Assembly: GCA_039815185.1 (NCBI GenBank)
Contig: JBCBZT010000077.1
Span: 1 to 26,340, forward strand
Direction of reading: 5' to 3'
Source of the DNA: Cyanobacteria bacterium P01_A01_bin.123
Lineage (GTDB): Bacteria > Cyanobacteriota > Cyanobacteriia > Phormidesmidales > Phormidesmidaceae
Length of the DNA stretch: 26,340 bases
Below the pieces are notes generated by a model. The model ran no database searches and was not told where the DNA came from. It saw nothing but the letters and a program-made list of their open reading frames with translations. Shown piece after piece: positions 9,198-18,589 of the stretch (the stretch's first letter is position 1; the number at the start of each line of letters is the position of its first letter). Both the position numbers and the translations under genes were made by a program.

Positions 9198-11429
9198 CTA
9201 CGATTTCTGCTGACTGGATCGTTTCTGCTGACTGGATCGTTTGTGATGCCAAACGGTTTGTTGGGGCAAGCCAATAGCAATTCCCCCCTTATCGAATGCC
9301 CGCTTGACCCGCACCCGAAACTCTCGCCCTACAGCCCACTGCTGCATTGCCTGCGTCTTAATCCAGACCTGAATTAAGACACCCGCGTGGCTGACCCGAT
9401 CAACCCCTAAAATCTCAGCGGGCTCTAAAATTTTGTCTTGCCATTTTGGTTCGCACCGCATTGTCTCTGCCACCTGATTGATCAGATCCAATGCTTGCTG
9501 CACGTCGGCATCGTAGGCAATTTCAATAGTGAAGTCGACCCGCGACCAGTCTTTAGTCAGGTTTTCAATGGCATTGATTTGACCGTTGGTGAGGGTAATT
9601 AATCGGCCCTCTGGCCCTCGAATTTCAGTGATATAGAGATTCATGGATTCCACTAGCCCCACAAATTCCCCCACTTGGATCACGTCACCCACCACATAGC
9701 GATCGCTCCACAAAATCAAGGCCCCATTCACCATATCTTCGAGCACACTGCGGGAAATAAAGGCAACTACCACTGCGATCGCCCCGGCACTGGCTAACAC
9801 TGCCGGGTTAATGCCAAAGGCCTGTACCGTTAGATAAGCCCCTAGCAGCCAGAATCCTAGAGTAGAAGCGCTACGAAGGGCTGACGAGTAGGTCGCGACT
9901 CGCAGAGTATGGCGATTAGATAGGGGATCAGAAATTTGCATATCTTCGGCCCACTGATTGAGTCGATAGTTGATTTCCAAATCCACCACGGCATCGAGCA
10001 CATTTACCCCCATCCAAATTAGGGGCAGCACCACGGCTTGACTAAACACATAGGGAGCATAGGGGCGGGTTGCAGGATACAAAACTGCCATAATCCCAGC
10101 CCCTAGGAACAGCACAAACACCTCCAGCCAAAACATCAACTGCACCGCTAAGCGCACTAAATTGCGCTGTTGTTTGAGCAGATTTTGAGTTTTGAGAAAC
10201 CGTTGGGGTAGGGTTGTCATCAAGCTACCGAACTGGCTAGACACGGTTTGCGGCATCGCAAGTAACGCCTCAATCGGTGCAAATCTAGCAAACCAAGGAG
10301 TCTTTGCTTTGGCATCCTGCCGCGAGGCGACCCCTGTTGAGACCTTAGCTTTTCCGTTGGTTTCAGCCTCAGCCGTCGAGACATTGGCGTTTGAGGGCTC
10401 TACGGTTGAGGACAGATTGCCGCTGCGATCGAGCCCTTGCTGCTGACTTCCGATTCCATCTCCTTCAACACTGAGAGGCGGATCTAGGGCATCGTCAGGA
10501 ATGGATTCAGCATCCACCGTCAGGGAAGCTTTGAGTTGTTTTTGCAGGGCCTTTAATTCCCGTCGCAGGCGACGATAGAGCACCCGCAAAAGCCGCCGGA
10601 TTAAGTCAATAATGCAGATAATCAACAGCGTAATGACCCCGACCGCGATCGCGCCGCCCAAACGCGCTACTGGATATTGACGGTTAAACGAGATTTCCCA
10701 AAGCTGCTGGCTTACAGCTTTGAGCATCGCATCGCGCCACTGACTAGCCAAGGCTTTCTTGTTTAAACCGTTTTGAATGGCATCGTATTCATTGACCGTT
10801 AGCACCAACTGCTTCTGTAACCCCAAGGCTTTTTGCTCAGGAATGTAGAGAACTGTTTGGCTGTTTTCAATGCCGACTTCAATTTTAGGTGTGCTTGGGT
10901 GAGGTGCAATCGACCCTCCGCGACGAAACAAGTCATTCCAGCTGACTTCAGCTGTATCTAAGGTTGTTTGCACCGTATCCACGCTGGTGACCGTACGCAA
11001 AATACCTTTAAAGGTGCGCTGCACTAAATCGGCCCGTTCTTCAACGCCTACCAAAGTTGCATCGGCATTAGGTTGAAGGATATCAGGCGGCCCTGCCACA
11101 GTCAGCACTTTACCAAAAGAACCATAGAAGTAGACGTCACTACAAGCCAATCGTCCACAGGGATAGCTGCGATTAGGATTCCAGCCCAAAGATTCCCGCG
11201 TCGCCTCTACCGATTGGTCAAACAGTAACGAAACTTGGGCAACAGCACTCCCCATACCCCCAGCAACCAGGGCGATCGTCAGCATCACAATTAGGCAAAA
11301 TCGCCCCATAGTCCGCCCGTTTTTCCGACGACGGAATAACCAATGGCGGCATTGATTGCCAAGCCATAGACTTTCTAAGCACCGACGACGCAATGAACTC
11401 ATTCCCACGGTTTGAATGTTCCGACCCAT
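9198..11429 (-). CDS. Large MscS-family mechanosensitive ion channel
   Basis: C-terminal MscS domain: LEDMVNGALILWSDRYVVGDVI, GLVESMNLYITEIRGPEGRLITLTNG, NLTKDWSRVD, QWAVGREFRVRVKRAFDKGGI. The start is uncertain and could be ATG 11309. Confidence 0.9.
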   Translation of the reverse strand: MGRNIQTVGMSSLRRRCLESLWLGNQCRHWLFRRRKNGRTMGRFCLIVMLTIALVAGGMGSAVAQVSLLFDQSVEATRESLGWNPNRSYPCGRLACSDVYFYGSFGKVLTVAGPPDILQPNADATLVGVEERADLVQRTFKGILRTVTSVDTVQTTLDTAEVSWNDLFRRGGSIAPHPSTPKIEVGIENSQTVLYIPEQKALGLQKQLVLTVNEYDAIQNGLNKKALASQWRDAMLKAVSQQLWEISFNRQYPVARLGGAIAVGVITLLIICIIDLIRRLLRVLYRRLRRELKALQKQLKASLTVDAESIPDDALDPPLSVEGDGIGSQQQGLDRSGNLSSTVEPSNANVSTAEAETNGKAKVSTGVASRQDAKAKTPWFARFAPIEALLAMPQTVSSQFGSLMTTLPQRFLKTQNLLKQQRNLVRLAVQLMFWLEVFVLFLGAGIMAVLYPATRPYAPYVFSQAVVLPLIWMGVNVLDAVVDLEINYRLNQWAEDMQISDPLSNRHTLRVATYSSALRSASTLGFWLLGAYLTVQAFGINPAVLASAGAIAVVVAFISRSVLEDMVNGALILWSDRYVVGDVIQVGEFVGLVESMNLYITEIRGPEGRLITLTNGQINAIENLTKDWSRVDFTIEIAYDADVQQALDLINQVAETMRCEPKWQDKILEPAEILGVDRVSHAGVLIQVWIKTQAMQQWAVGREFRVRVKRAFDKGGIAIGLPQQTVWHHKRSSQQKRSSQQKS
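9204..9242. repeat. Exact 18-bp tandem duplication at the 3' end of the MscS gene
   Basis: TTTCTGCTGACTGGATCG twice (9204-9221, 9222-9239), encoding KRSSQQ-KRSSQQ-K. Confidence 0.9.
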
Positions 11430-11494
11430 TGTAGAGAAAGCGGCATCTTGGTGGGGAACGCTTCACTCAAAGCAGCCGTTGAACAGTCTAATCG

Positions 11495-12472
11495 TCATGC
11501 CATTGGCTGCAAGATAGTATCCAAGGCTTTAGCAGTTTTGGTTTTCACTGACTGGGCTGATTGATGGAGTGCCTGATGTTCAGCCTCAGACAATTTGAGT
11601 TCTAATATTTGTGAAATGCCCTGACAACCCAAACGACAGGGCACCCCAATAAACACATCGTCTAAGCCGTACTGTCCCTGCAAATAGGTCGAAATCGGCA
11701 TAATCCGTGATTGATCATGCAAGATCGCCTCAACCATTTTACAAATTGAAGCAGCTGGCGCATAATATGCCCCGCCAGTTTTAAGATGTCCTACGACTTC
11801 TGCACCACCGTGGCGGGTGCGTTCTATCAAGCGATCGATCGCTTCAGTTGAGAGCAGCTCTGGTAGGGGAATGCCCGTCACTGTGGAGTAGTGAGGCAGC
11901 GGAACCATGAGGTCGCCATGCCCCCCTAACACCATTGCCGACACGTCGCTCGGGGGTACGCCCAACTCTAGAGCAATAAAGGTTTGGAACCTAGCTGAAT
12001 CCAGCACGCCAGCCATCCCCATCACCCGTTGATGGGGTAGCCCGCTCACCTGCCAGGCTAAGTAAGTCATCACATCTAGAGGATTAGTGACTACGATCAG
12101 ATGGGCTTTGGGGGAATGGGCGATCGCCTGGCACACCACATCTCGAACAATTTTGCCATTGATTTGCAGCAAATCGTCGCGGTTCATGCCGGGTTTCCGC
12201 GGAAGCCCTGCGGTAATCACAACAACATCCGAGTCCTCAGTATCGGCATAGTCATTGGTGCCTACAATCTGCTGGGTGTGCCCAGCTAAACCTGCCGATT
12301 CCATTAGATCCAAGGCAACACCTTGGGGACGACCCGCCACCACATCCAGGAGTACGACATCGGCTGTACCGCCCTCTACAATCCTCTGAGCCAGGGTACT
12401 CCCGACATTCCCTGCACCTACAATCGCAACTTGCGGAGCCCGGCGGCAATCCAAAGCATTAGATGAAGTCAT
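11495..12472 (-). CDS. mdh: Malate dehydrogenase (LDH-like type)
   Basis: GAGNVG, ITAGLPRKPGMNRDDLL (MDH-specific Arg loop), VTNPLD, GVLDSARF, LGGHGD, GAYYAPA. Confidence 0.95.
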   Translation of the reverse strand: MTSSNALDCRRAPQVAIVGAGNVGSTLAQRIVEGGTADVVLLDVVAGRPQGVALDLMESAGLAGHTQQIVGTNDYADTEDSDVVVITAGLPRKPGMNRDDLLQINGKIVRDVVCQAIAHSPKAHLIVVTNPLDVMTYLAWQVSGLPHQRVMGMAGVLDSARFQTFIALELGVPPSDVSAMVLGGHGDLMVPLPHYSTVTGIPLPELLSTEAIDRLIERTRHGGAEVVGHLKTGGAYYAPAASICKMVEAILHDQSRIMPISTYLQGQYGLDDVFIGVPCRLGCQGISQILELKLSEAEHQALHQSAQSVKTKTAKALDTILQPMA

Positions 12473-12617
12473 GGCAAGTTCCCCCTTATGGGCGACAGAC
12501 TGTAGGCTGTATCACACATAACATTCCGATCTTAAAAAAGGAGCCCTTAGGAGTTGAGACGGTATTGCAATTTCGTCATCAAGGTTGATAGTCAGCAATA
12601 CAAGGTTAAAACCAAGG

Positions 12618-14636
12618 CTATACCAGTGAAGATTCTGGTGTTGGCGTCGTCACTTCTTCAAAGTGCACAATGTCTTGGCGCGGATTAGCGTAGGAGACTC
12701 GAACCGGAAAGCGTTCTCCCAGGGCTACGGAGCGATCAAAACGCATGGGCAGTTCCAACCCCAAGTCTTCTAATATAATCAGGCCCAACCCCTCATGCTC
12801 TCGCAACCAGCGTAGCAACATAGCTGACCAAGTCATATCTGATTGACGGCGGAGATATTCTAGCGACCAGTAGCGCTTGGTTTGTCGCTCCACCAGGGTA
12901 GCTTCATAGGCTGCGGAAGTAGCCCCTTGGGTCAGTTCAGTCATCTCTTCAAAGGAAAAAGGCAGGGGTTCACCGCGCAAATGGGCTTTGAGCTGAAAGT
13001 GAGCCAATAAATCGGTATAGCGTCGAATGGGTGAGGTTACCTGACTGTAGCGGGCTAGACCCAAGGTGGCATGGCGCGAAGGCGTCACACCCATTTCACT
13101 GCGGGGCATACAGCCACGAATGGCACAGTCGCGGACCCAACCCGTGGGCAGTTGCATCAGTTCCCCCTCCGACGGGAGTTCAGGTTGGGGTTGACTGCGA
13201 AAGGGCATTGCCAGGTTGTTGACTTCGCCATAGCGGGCGGCGACTTCTCCGGTCAAAATCATCATCTCAGCAACCATCTGCCGCGAGGGCGAATCGTCAA
13301 GCACCTCAATTTCGATGGTATCGTCTAAAACTTTGATCGACGATTCCGGCATATGGATGCTGATGGCACCTTGGGTAGAACGCCAAATCTTGCGCTGCTG
13401 TGCCCACCGAGCGATCGCGGCGATTTCGGGTTCTGCCTGCAACCCCAGTTCCAGCATTTCATCAGCGTCGGCATAGGTTAGCCGATAGGTAGGACGAATT
13501 TGGCTAGCGCGAATGGTGTACTCGCTAATACCACCCATTTCATCCAAAACAACGCCGAAACTAAGGGCACAGCAGGTCTGTCCCTGCACCAAACTCATGG
13601 GCCCCGTTGCTAATTCAGTGGGAAACATGGGAATACTCCCAGTCGGCAAGTACACCGTGGTGCAGCGGCGACGAGCCTCTAGATCAAGGGCATCGCCGGG
13701 GTGTAGCCAGCGCGTTGGATCGGCGATGTGAATCCAGAGCCGCTCTCGCCCATCATCCAGCATTTCCAAGCTTAATCCGTCGTCGATTTCCCGCGTACTT
13801 TCGTCATCAACGGTATAAACCTTAAGGTGAGCCAGATCTAGTCGCTGAGCATCGGGATCGGGGGGCGGATTTTCCAGGTATTGCTGCGCCATGGGAGAAA
13901 CCGACTCAGGGAAGTGGGTGGGAATTTGCCGTTTACGCAGGAACAGGTTTTCATGGATACTCCACAATTGCAGATCAACTAAAAGTTGAAAAGCAACCTC
14001 TGGAGTTGCCCCTCGCTCCAGTGCAGTCAGGGTTTCGACAGCCAAATGGCGTTGACTAGCTTCTTCCCCCAAGGTAGCGAATCGCTCTAAAGCTTCTAGC
14101 CAGGTGCGATCGCTTTTTTCCCATTCTAACGAGATTCCCGAGAGTACCTGCTGCACCCGATCAAGAAACCCTTGCCACTCATTGAGGCGTGCCGCTTCGC
14201 GTGCAAGCTGATGCTGAATATCCTCTACCTGGGCCGCTGAGCGCGGTTCGTAGCGATCGCCCTTGTGCTTAAAATAAATTTTGTCTTCTGACAATAACCG
14301 GTGGGCGGCATAGCATACCGGAGCTGACTGATCGGAGTACAACAAAACAGCCAGGGAGGTTGAATCTGCCGTCTCCTCAGCATCGTGCAGCAGCTCCCAA
14401 GCCACGGCTAGGTTTGAAGGTTCAAAATAAGGTTCAACCTCAGCCAGAAAGGCTGGAATCCGTTCCGGCGTATAGGTCGCATCAACAACCTCAAAGGTGA
14501 TTTGGCGGGGATGAATCGTGTGGGACTGACCTCGCTCATCAATAACGACCCAGTTCTTTTTACCTTCGGGGCGGTCAGCGACAGCGAGGCGCGCCGTTCC
14601 CTGTAATTTAACCTCAACCAATCTTCCTTTTTCCAC
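12618..14636 (-). CDS. rnb: Ribonuclease II/R (RNB domain) exoribonuclease
   Basis: YTVDDESTREIDDGLS catalytic motif, IHIADP, RCTTVYLP, VAEMMIL, YSQVTSPIRRYTDL. Likely GTG start at 14636. Lies downstream of rpsR. Confidence 0.93.
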   Translation of the reverse strand: MEKGRLVEVKLQGTARLAVADRPEGKKNWVVIDERGQSHTIHPRQITFEVVDATYTPERIPAFLAEVEPYFEPSNLAVAWELLHDAEETADSTSLAVLLYSDQSAPVCYAAHRLLSEDKIYFKHKGDRYEPRSAAQVEDIQHQLAREAARLNEWQGFLDRVQQVLSGISLEWEKSDRTWLEALERFATLGEEASQRHLAVETLTALERGATPEVAFQLLVDLQLWSIHENLFLRKRQIPTHFPESVSPMAQQYLENPPPDPDAQRLDLAHLKVYTVDDESTREIDDGLSLEMLDDGRERLWIHIADPTRWLHPGDALDLEARRRCTTVYLPTGSIPMFPTELATGPMSLVQGQTCCALSFGVVLDEMGGISEYTIRASQIRPTYRLTYADADEMLELGLQAEPEIAAIARWAQQRKIWRSTQGAISIHMPESSIKVLDDTIEIEVLDDSPSRQMVAEMMILTGEVAARYGEVNNLAMPFRSQPQPELPSEGELMQLPTGWVRDCAIRGCMPRSEMGVTPSRHATLGLARYSQVTSPIRRYTDLLAHFQLKAHLRGEPLPFSFEEMTELTQGATSAAYEATLVERQTKRYWSLEYLRRQSDMTWSAMLLRWLREHEGLGLIILEDLGLELPMRFDRSVALGERFPVRVSYANPRQDIVHFEEVTTPTPESSLV

Positions 14637-14685
14637 CAAACCACACCCTCCATCCAAATGCTGATGTTAGCTAGGGAAGGGCGAC

Positions 14686-14901
14686 CTACCCCTCACGATT
14701 GATGTATGGCAATAGGGCGATGCTCCGTGCTCGCTTGATGGCAGTGGTGAGATTACGCTGTTGCTTCGCAGTTAAGCCTGTAATCCGACGGGGCAAGATT
14801 TTGCCGCGTTCTGTGATGAACTTGCGCAACAAGTCGACATCTTTATAATCGATTTTTTCTTCGGGTTTGATCGGGGAAACGCGACGACGAAAGTAGGCCA
14901 T
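14686..14901 (-). CDS. rpsR: 30S ribosomal protein S18
   Basis: [11 protein letters not shown]...[26 protein letters not shown]...AIKRAR. The true start is ATG 14901, giving 71 aa. Confidence 0.98.
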   Translation of the reverse strand: MAYFRRRVSPIKPEEKIDYKDVDLLRKFITERGKILPRRITGLTAKQQRNLTTAIKRARSIALLPYINREG

Positions 14902-14986
14902 AGCTGTTCGCTTAAATTTGCTTGATTTTAGAGGGATAGGGATAAAACCGTGACTCGGCACGGGTAACTCGATCACAGGGACTCAA

Positions 14987-15175
14987 CTACTTGGTCTCTT
15001 TGTGAACGGTGTGCTTGTTGCAGTGGGGGCAGAATTTTTTAATTTCTAGCCGTCCTGTAGTGTTTCGACGATTTTTGGTTGAGGTATAGCGAGACACACC
15101 GGGCGATCGCTTGTTGGGATTGCTCCGGCACTCTGTGCACTCTAGGGTGATGATAATTCGAACGCCTTTTGCCAT
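14987..15175 (-). CDS. rpmG: 50S ribosomal protein L33 (Zn-ribbon, two CxxC)
   Basis: [17 protein letters not shown]...[34 protein letters not shown]. Confidence 0.98.
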   Translation of the reverse strand: MAKGVRIIITLECTECRSNPNKRSPGVSRYTSTKNRRNTTGRLEIKKFCPHCNKHTVHKETK

Positions 15176-15224
15176 AATTTAGCTCACAACTGTCAGTCAG
15201 CAGAAGATTAAACACAAATAACTA

Positions 15225-15773
15225 TTATTTCACACGTCGCCGGGCTTCGGCAAACCTTTTTTTGGATTTGAACATCCAAGCGGGAATTTTGTGATCTAGC
15301 CCGTAGCCACGACGACTCTTCACAACAATGGTGTTGGCAATTTGATCATGGAATGCCTGTCGTTTAGTAGCCTCTGTCAAGGCAATACAACAGTCTCCCA
15401 GCAAGGGTAAAGATAACAAGACCCAAGCGCCATTTTGGCCCAGATGGGACAAGCTGTAGACCGCCAACGCTGCTCCCAAACCCACAATCGCCTCGCGTTT
15501 GATCAAATCTTGGATCTGCGGCGTCCGCCCTGTTTCCACCTCAGCAACGCGTAGATTAAACGCCCAACGCCCTAGACTTTGCCCATGCTGCTGACTCACG
15601 ACCGCCACTCTTAAGCCTGCCCAAACGCTCCAAAACAACACGAGAAATCCTAGGAAAAGGTCACCTGCCAACGCCGCAATTACCCATGCGGGCAGGCAAT
15701 CCACTATCAATGCTGCCCCCCGCCGCCAAATCGGCACGATAGGATAGCGAATTAAGGCAGTCTGATCATTCAT
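15225..15773 (-). CDS. RDD family membrane protein
   Basis: WRRGAALIVD, GQSLGRWAFNLRV and RQAFHDQIANTIVV are RDD motifs. Likely start ATG 15773. Confidence 0.88.
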   Translation of the reverse strand: MNDQTALIRYPIVPIWRRGAALIVDCLPAWVIAALAGDLFLGFLVLFWSVWAGLRVAVVSQQHGQSLGRWAFNLRVAEVETGRTPQIQDLIKREAIVGLGAALAVYSLSHLGQNGAWVLLSLPLLGDCCIALTEATKRQAFHDQIANTIVVKSRRGYGLDHKIPAWMFKSKKRFAEARRRVK

Positions 15774-15884
15774 CTGGGCTTCTTTATTTCTATTGAAGAG
15801 CTGCAACACTTTGACTCGATTTAGTGAATGAGGCTACTCAAGCCAAACTTCTGAGTTCGGGTTCCTAACTTTTGACCCCTCCCC

Positions 15885-16490
15885 TCAAGCTCGCTTTTGC
15901 TCAACCCCAAACCCAACCAGTAGCAGGGTTTCTAATGGATTTCCCTCGGCAGGTCGCTGATAGTTATAGATGCGACGAATACGCAAACTGGGATTAATCA
16001 ACGTGATCGAATCAACAGAAACCACTTGGGTATAGTAGGTGGTCATCAGCAATTCATGGGTTTGAGCATCGTAGCGAAAGTCAGATACAATCGGGCGCGA
16101 TTCTTCATAGGCGCGATCGCGTAAGTATGCCCCCTCCAAAATTTCCCCTTGCTGCCGATGGGGTATGAACACTGTGCGCAGTTCTTGAGAAACTTCTTCA
16201 CCGGTTTCCGACACGGTATGAAATTTCATTCGAAATCCAGGCAAAGGCTGCAAATCAGGCGGATCAGCATAGCCATTATCTACCAGGACTTTGGCCTTCA
16301 GATCGAGGGAAATGGGGGCTACTTCAAATGTCGTATGAGAACGCTCCACTTGCTGATGGCTTAAGTAGTGATAGGTTCGTTCAATATCCCAATTGCCCAC
16401 ACAGCAGTCGAAGAAGTAGCTCAAGGGCTCAACATTTAGTGCATCAGCAGGCACACTGGAAGATTGAGAAGACATTGATTGAGAAGACAT
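15885..16490 (-). CDS. CpcS/CpeS-family (S/U/V-type) phycobiliprotein lyase-like protein
   Basis: FFDCCVGNWDIERTYHYL, YLRDRAYEE, SITLINPSLRIRRI and GFGVEQKR correspond to the S-type lyase beta-barrel motifs. Confidence 0.85.
   Translation of the reverse strand: MSSQSMSSQSSSVPADALNVEPLSYFFDCCVGNWDIERTYHYLSHQQVERSHTTFEVAPISLDLKAKVLVDNGYADPPDLQPLPGFRMKFHTVSETGEEVSQELRTVFIPHRQQGEILEGAYLRDRAYEESRPIVSDFRYDAQTHELLMTTYYTQVVSVDSITLINPSLRIRRIYNYQRPAEGNPLETLLLVGFGVEQKRA
16462..16490. repeat. 15-bp-period duplication of the start codon region
   Basis: GATTGAGAAGACAT at 16462-16475 and 16477-16490, encoding MSSQS-MSSQS. Confidence 0.85.
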
Positions 16491-16515
16491 GAGCGTATAA
16501 AGAGAAGTGGAACAA

Positions 16516-16529
16516 GTATAAATGCTTAC
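16516..16529. promoter_or_regulatory. Candidate NtcA-binding site
   Basis: GTA-TAAATGCT-TAC is an exact GTA-N8-TAC about 25 nt upstream of the leftward lyase ATG. A TAGAAT -10-like hexamer lies on the minus strand at 16566-16571. Confidence 0.45.
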
Positions 16530-16626
16530 AGCTTTGACTTAAGAGTTGCAGCACACTCCATAACAATTCTAAGGGGACAGTTAGCACCCAACAGGGTGAT
16601 GTCGTCTTGCAAGTAAATAGTCTATT

Positions 16627-16644
16627 ATTAAGAAAGTTAACAAA
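16627..16644. promoter_or_regulatory. HLR1-like (RpaB) imperfect direct repeat
   Basis: ATTAAGAA-AG-TTAACAAA resembles two (G/T)TTACA(T/A)(T/A) octamers with a 2-nt spacer, with mismatches. Confidence 0.35.
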
Positions 16645-16709
16645 ATAGTCATTGTCGGTTGACGAAATGTCGCCGTGCTCCACTCTCTGGATGTGAGGAT
16701 TTCTGCCCT

Positions 16710-17276
16710 ATGTCGTTTCTTTCCAATGCCGCTGAGCTTTCGACCGAGACCCTAGTAGAGACTTTCTTTCGAGAGACTGTCGGAGACTGGCGATCTGAGC
16801 GACGCTACTACACCCTCAAAAGCGGTGCGATTCAAGAGGTGATCAGCTTGATCAGCGTTCAGTATTTAACCCACGGCTGCGAAGAGTTGCTTCATTTGGC
16901 CAAACTTCATCAGTTCGTGAAACTCGATAGCTTGGTCTGTGGTGCTCAGGTCACTTGGGAAAGCCAATACCCCGGCAGAAGCAATAAGCCCGTTAGCGGT
17001 TCGACGATGTTTGGCATCAAAGGAGACATTCTCTATCGCGATCGCGGTTTTGCTACCCCCAAGCCTGTTACCGCCATTTGCACTTTCCGCGATCCCAAAA
17101 CGATGACCCTCTATACCGAGTACAACGATTCGTCCTTTGAGGAAGAGGTCAAACTGATTGGTAGCCAGTACCGCACTCGCCAAAGCATCATTAAGCGGGC
17201 TGGGGAAGAGCAAATGATTGGCCAGTATTTAGAGAAGCGCATTCGTCATCATGACGGCTTGGACCTGCCGCGATAG
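16710..17276 (+). CDS. CpcS/CpeS-family (CpcV-like) phycobiliprotein lyase-like protein
   Basis: FFRETVGDWRSERRYYTL, LYRDRGFAT, FEEEVKLIGSQYRTRQSII, GQYLEKRI. Start ATG 16710 follows GAGG. Confidence 0.88.
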   Translation: MSFLSNAAELSTETLVETFFRETVGDWRSERRYYTLKSGAIQEVISLISVQYLTHGCEELLHLAKLHQFVKLDSLVCGAQVTWESQYPGRSNKPVSGSTMFGIKGDILYRDRGFATPKPVTAICTFRDPKTMTLYTEYNDSSFEEEVKLIGSQYRTRQSIIKRAGEEQMIGQYLEKRIRHHDGLDLPR

Positions 17277-18230
17277 TAGGTCTGCAAACTGGTAGCACCC
17301 CTGTGATGAGAGGTGCATCTTATCTAAAAAGTAGTTTTGCCCCGTAGGCATTAAAGGGCGTGGATCCCAGAAGTGAACATGGTCGAATCTATCTGCAAGA
17401 TTTTGCAAACGGTCACCGACCTGATCGACAGCTTTCTTATAGGGACCCGAAGCGACAATCTCTGGCACCAGCATCACCTGCGCATCCCATATTTTGGCGG
17501 TTTGGGTGATGATTTCGAATCGATTCAGAATCCCGTCAACAAATTCAGAGTCCAAACGGCCTAAGTTCTTTGATCCATTCTGTAAACGGTTGACATAGAC
17601 GCTAGAAATGCCATCGTTTATCTTTTGCCAAGAAGATACTCTCCCGACAAGGCTGCTTCCCATGACGTCCGAAATTTGGGCCATGACATTTGCATAATCT
17701 GGAAAAACGGTTGTTTCCGATGCTCGACCGTTGAACATGGGCGTAAACTCGTTCTTGACCTGATAAACAATGAGTAGATCCGGCTTTAGGAGGGGACCCC
17801 ATGTTGAAAGTCTGACCAGACTTTGAATAGTGCTCCAACCGCCAACCCCGCCATTAATGACAGAGAGTGGCTGATTTGCCTCTTGTGATCTCAGTTTGGT
17901 TTGCAATATGTGTGGCCAAACCTGCCGATTGTCAAAAATGCCAGTGCAGTAAGTCGAACTCCCACCCACGCAGTATATTTTGTAGGCATCTGGATTTTCG
18001 TGGCAAAATGCAACTGTCGATGGTTCCCGATCCGTTCTACGAAAGCCCTCTTTTGTGTGAATGCGTTGTCCTTCTTGGTTTTCAAAAGCAGGATTTAAAC
18101 TCCAATTTGTGAATGGATGAGGACAGTAGATGAATTTTGAGCCGATGCCAATATTACTTTCGTTTGAAAAAGGGATAGGGTTAGGTTTGTATTGAGCTAT
18201 GAGCTCCAAGAATTTGGCTAGTTTTTTCAT
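17229..18230 (-). CDS. SGNH/GDSL hydrolase family protein (SxtL-like position)
   Basis: Block I CVGGSSTY, block II INGGVGGWST, block III-like YQVKNE, block V FLDKMHLS (DxxH). Likely start ATG 18230. Confidence 0.85.
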   Translation of the reverse strand: MKKLAKFLELIAQYKPNPIPFSNESNIGIGSKFIYCPHPFTNWSLNPAFENQEGQRIHTKEGFRRTDREPSTVAFCHENPDAYKIYCVGGSSTYCTGIFDNRQVWPHILQTKLRSQEANQPLSVINGGVGGWSTIQSLVRLSTWGPLLKPDLLIVYQVKNEFTPMFNGRASETTVFPDYANVMAQISDVMGSSLVGRVSSWQKINDGISSVYVNRLQNGSKNLGRLDSEFVDGILNRFEIITQTAKIWDAQVMLVPEIVASGPYKKAVDQVGDRLQNLADRFDHVHFWDPRPLMPTGQNYFLDKMHLSSQGCYQFADLLSRQVQAVMMTNALL

Positions 18231-18286
18231 CGGGCAGGGCACAGAAAATATGGATTCTCAACTGCAGCGACCGCAGTGAAATACAT

Positions 18287-18589
18287 TCACAGCATAGGAT
18301 AGTAATCTTCACTCACGCGAGCTCCAATATCTGGCATTAAAACCTGACTCGATTGAGTTTGTTTCCGGGGTCTATATTTAATCAGCCTGACGGTAGATCC
18401 AGCAAAATCTTCAATCACGTCATCGGCTCTAACGGTGTGCCAGCCAGGTGCAAAAAGAGCATGTCTTTGATGTTTGCCGATTAGGTATTTTAGGGCGTAG
18501 CCCAGTAGATATAGAAAAAGGCTAAAGAAGCTCCGGTCAAACCGCGAGATTGCCGTCTTCGAATAGGTATCGCTGTTAGTCAAGCTCAT
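18287..18589 (-). CDS. Small predicted membrane protein (100 aa) coupled to the carbamoyltransferase
   Basis: The ATG overlaps the upstream gene's 3' end by 14 bp. One hydrophobic segment, FFSLFLYLLGYALKYLI. Occupies the sxtJ/K-like position. Confidence 0.7.
   Translation of the reverse strand: MSLTNSDTYSKTAISRFDRSFFSLFLYLLGYALKYLIGKHQRHALFAPGWHTVRADDVIEDFAGSTVRLIKYRPRKQTQSSQVLMPDIGARVSEDYYPML

Noticed and set aside
14902..14976. 25-aa N-terminal extension of S18 in the ORF track
   Set aside because: Artefact of an upstream alternative start. S18 similarity begins at ATG 14901.
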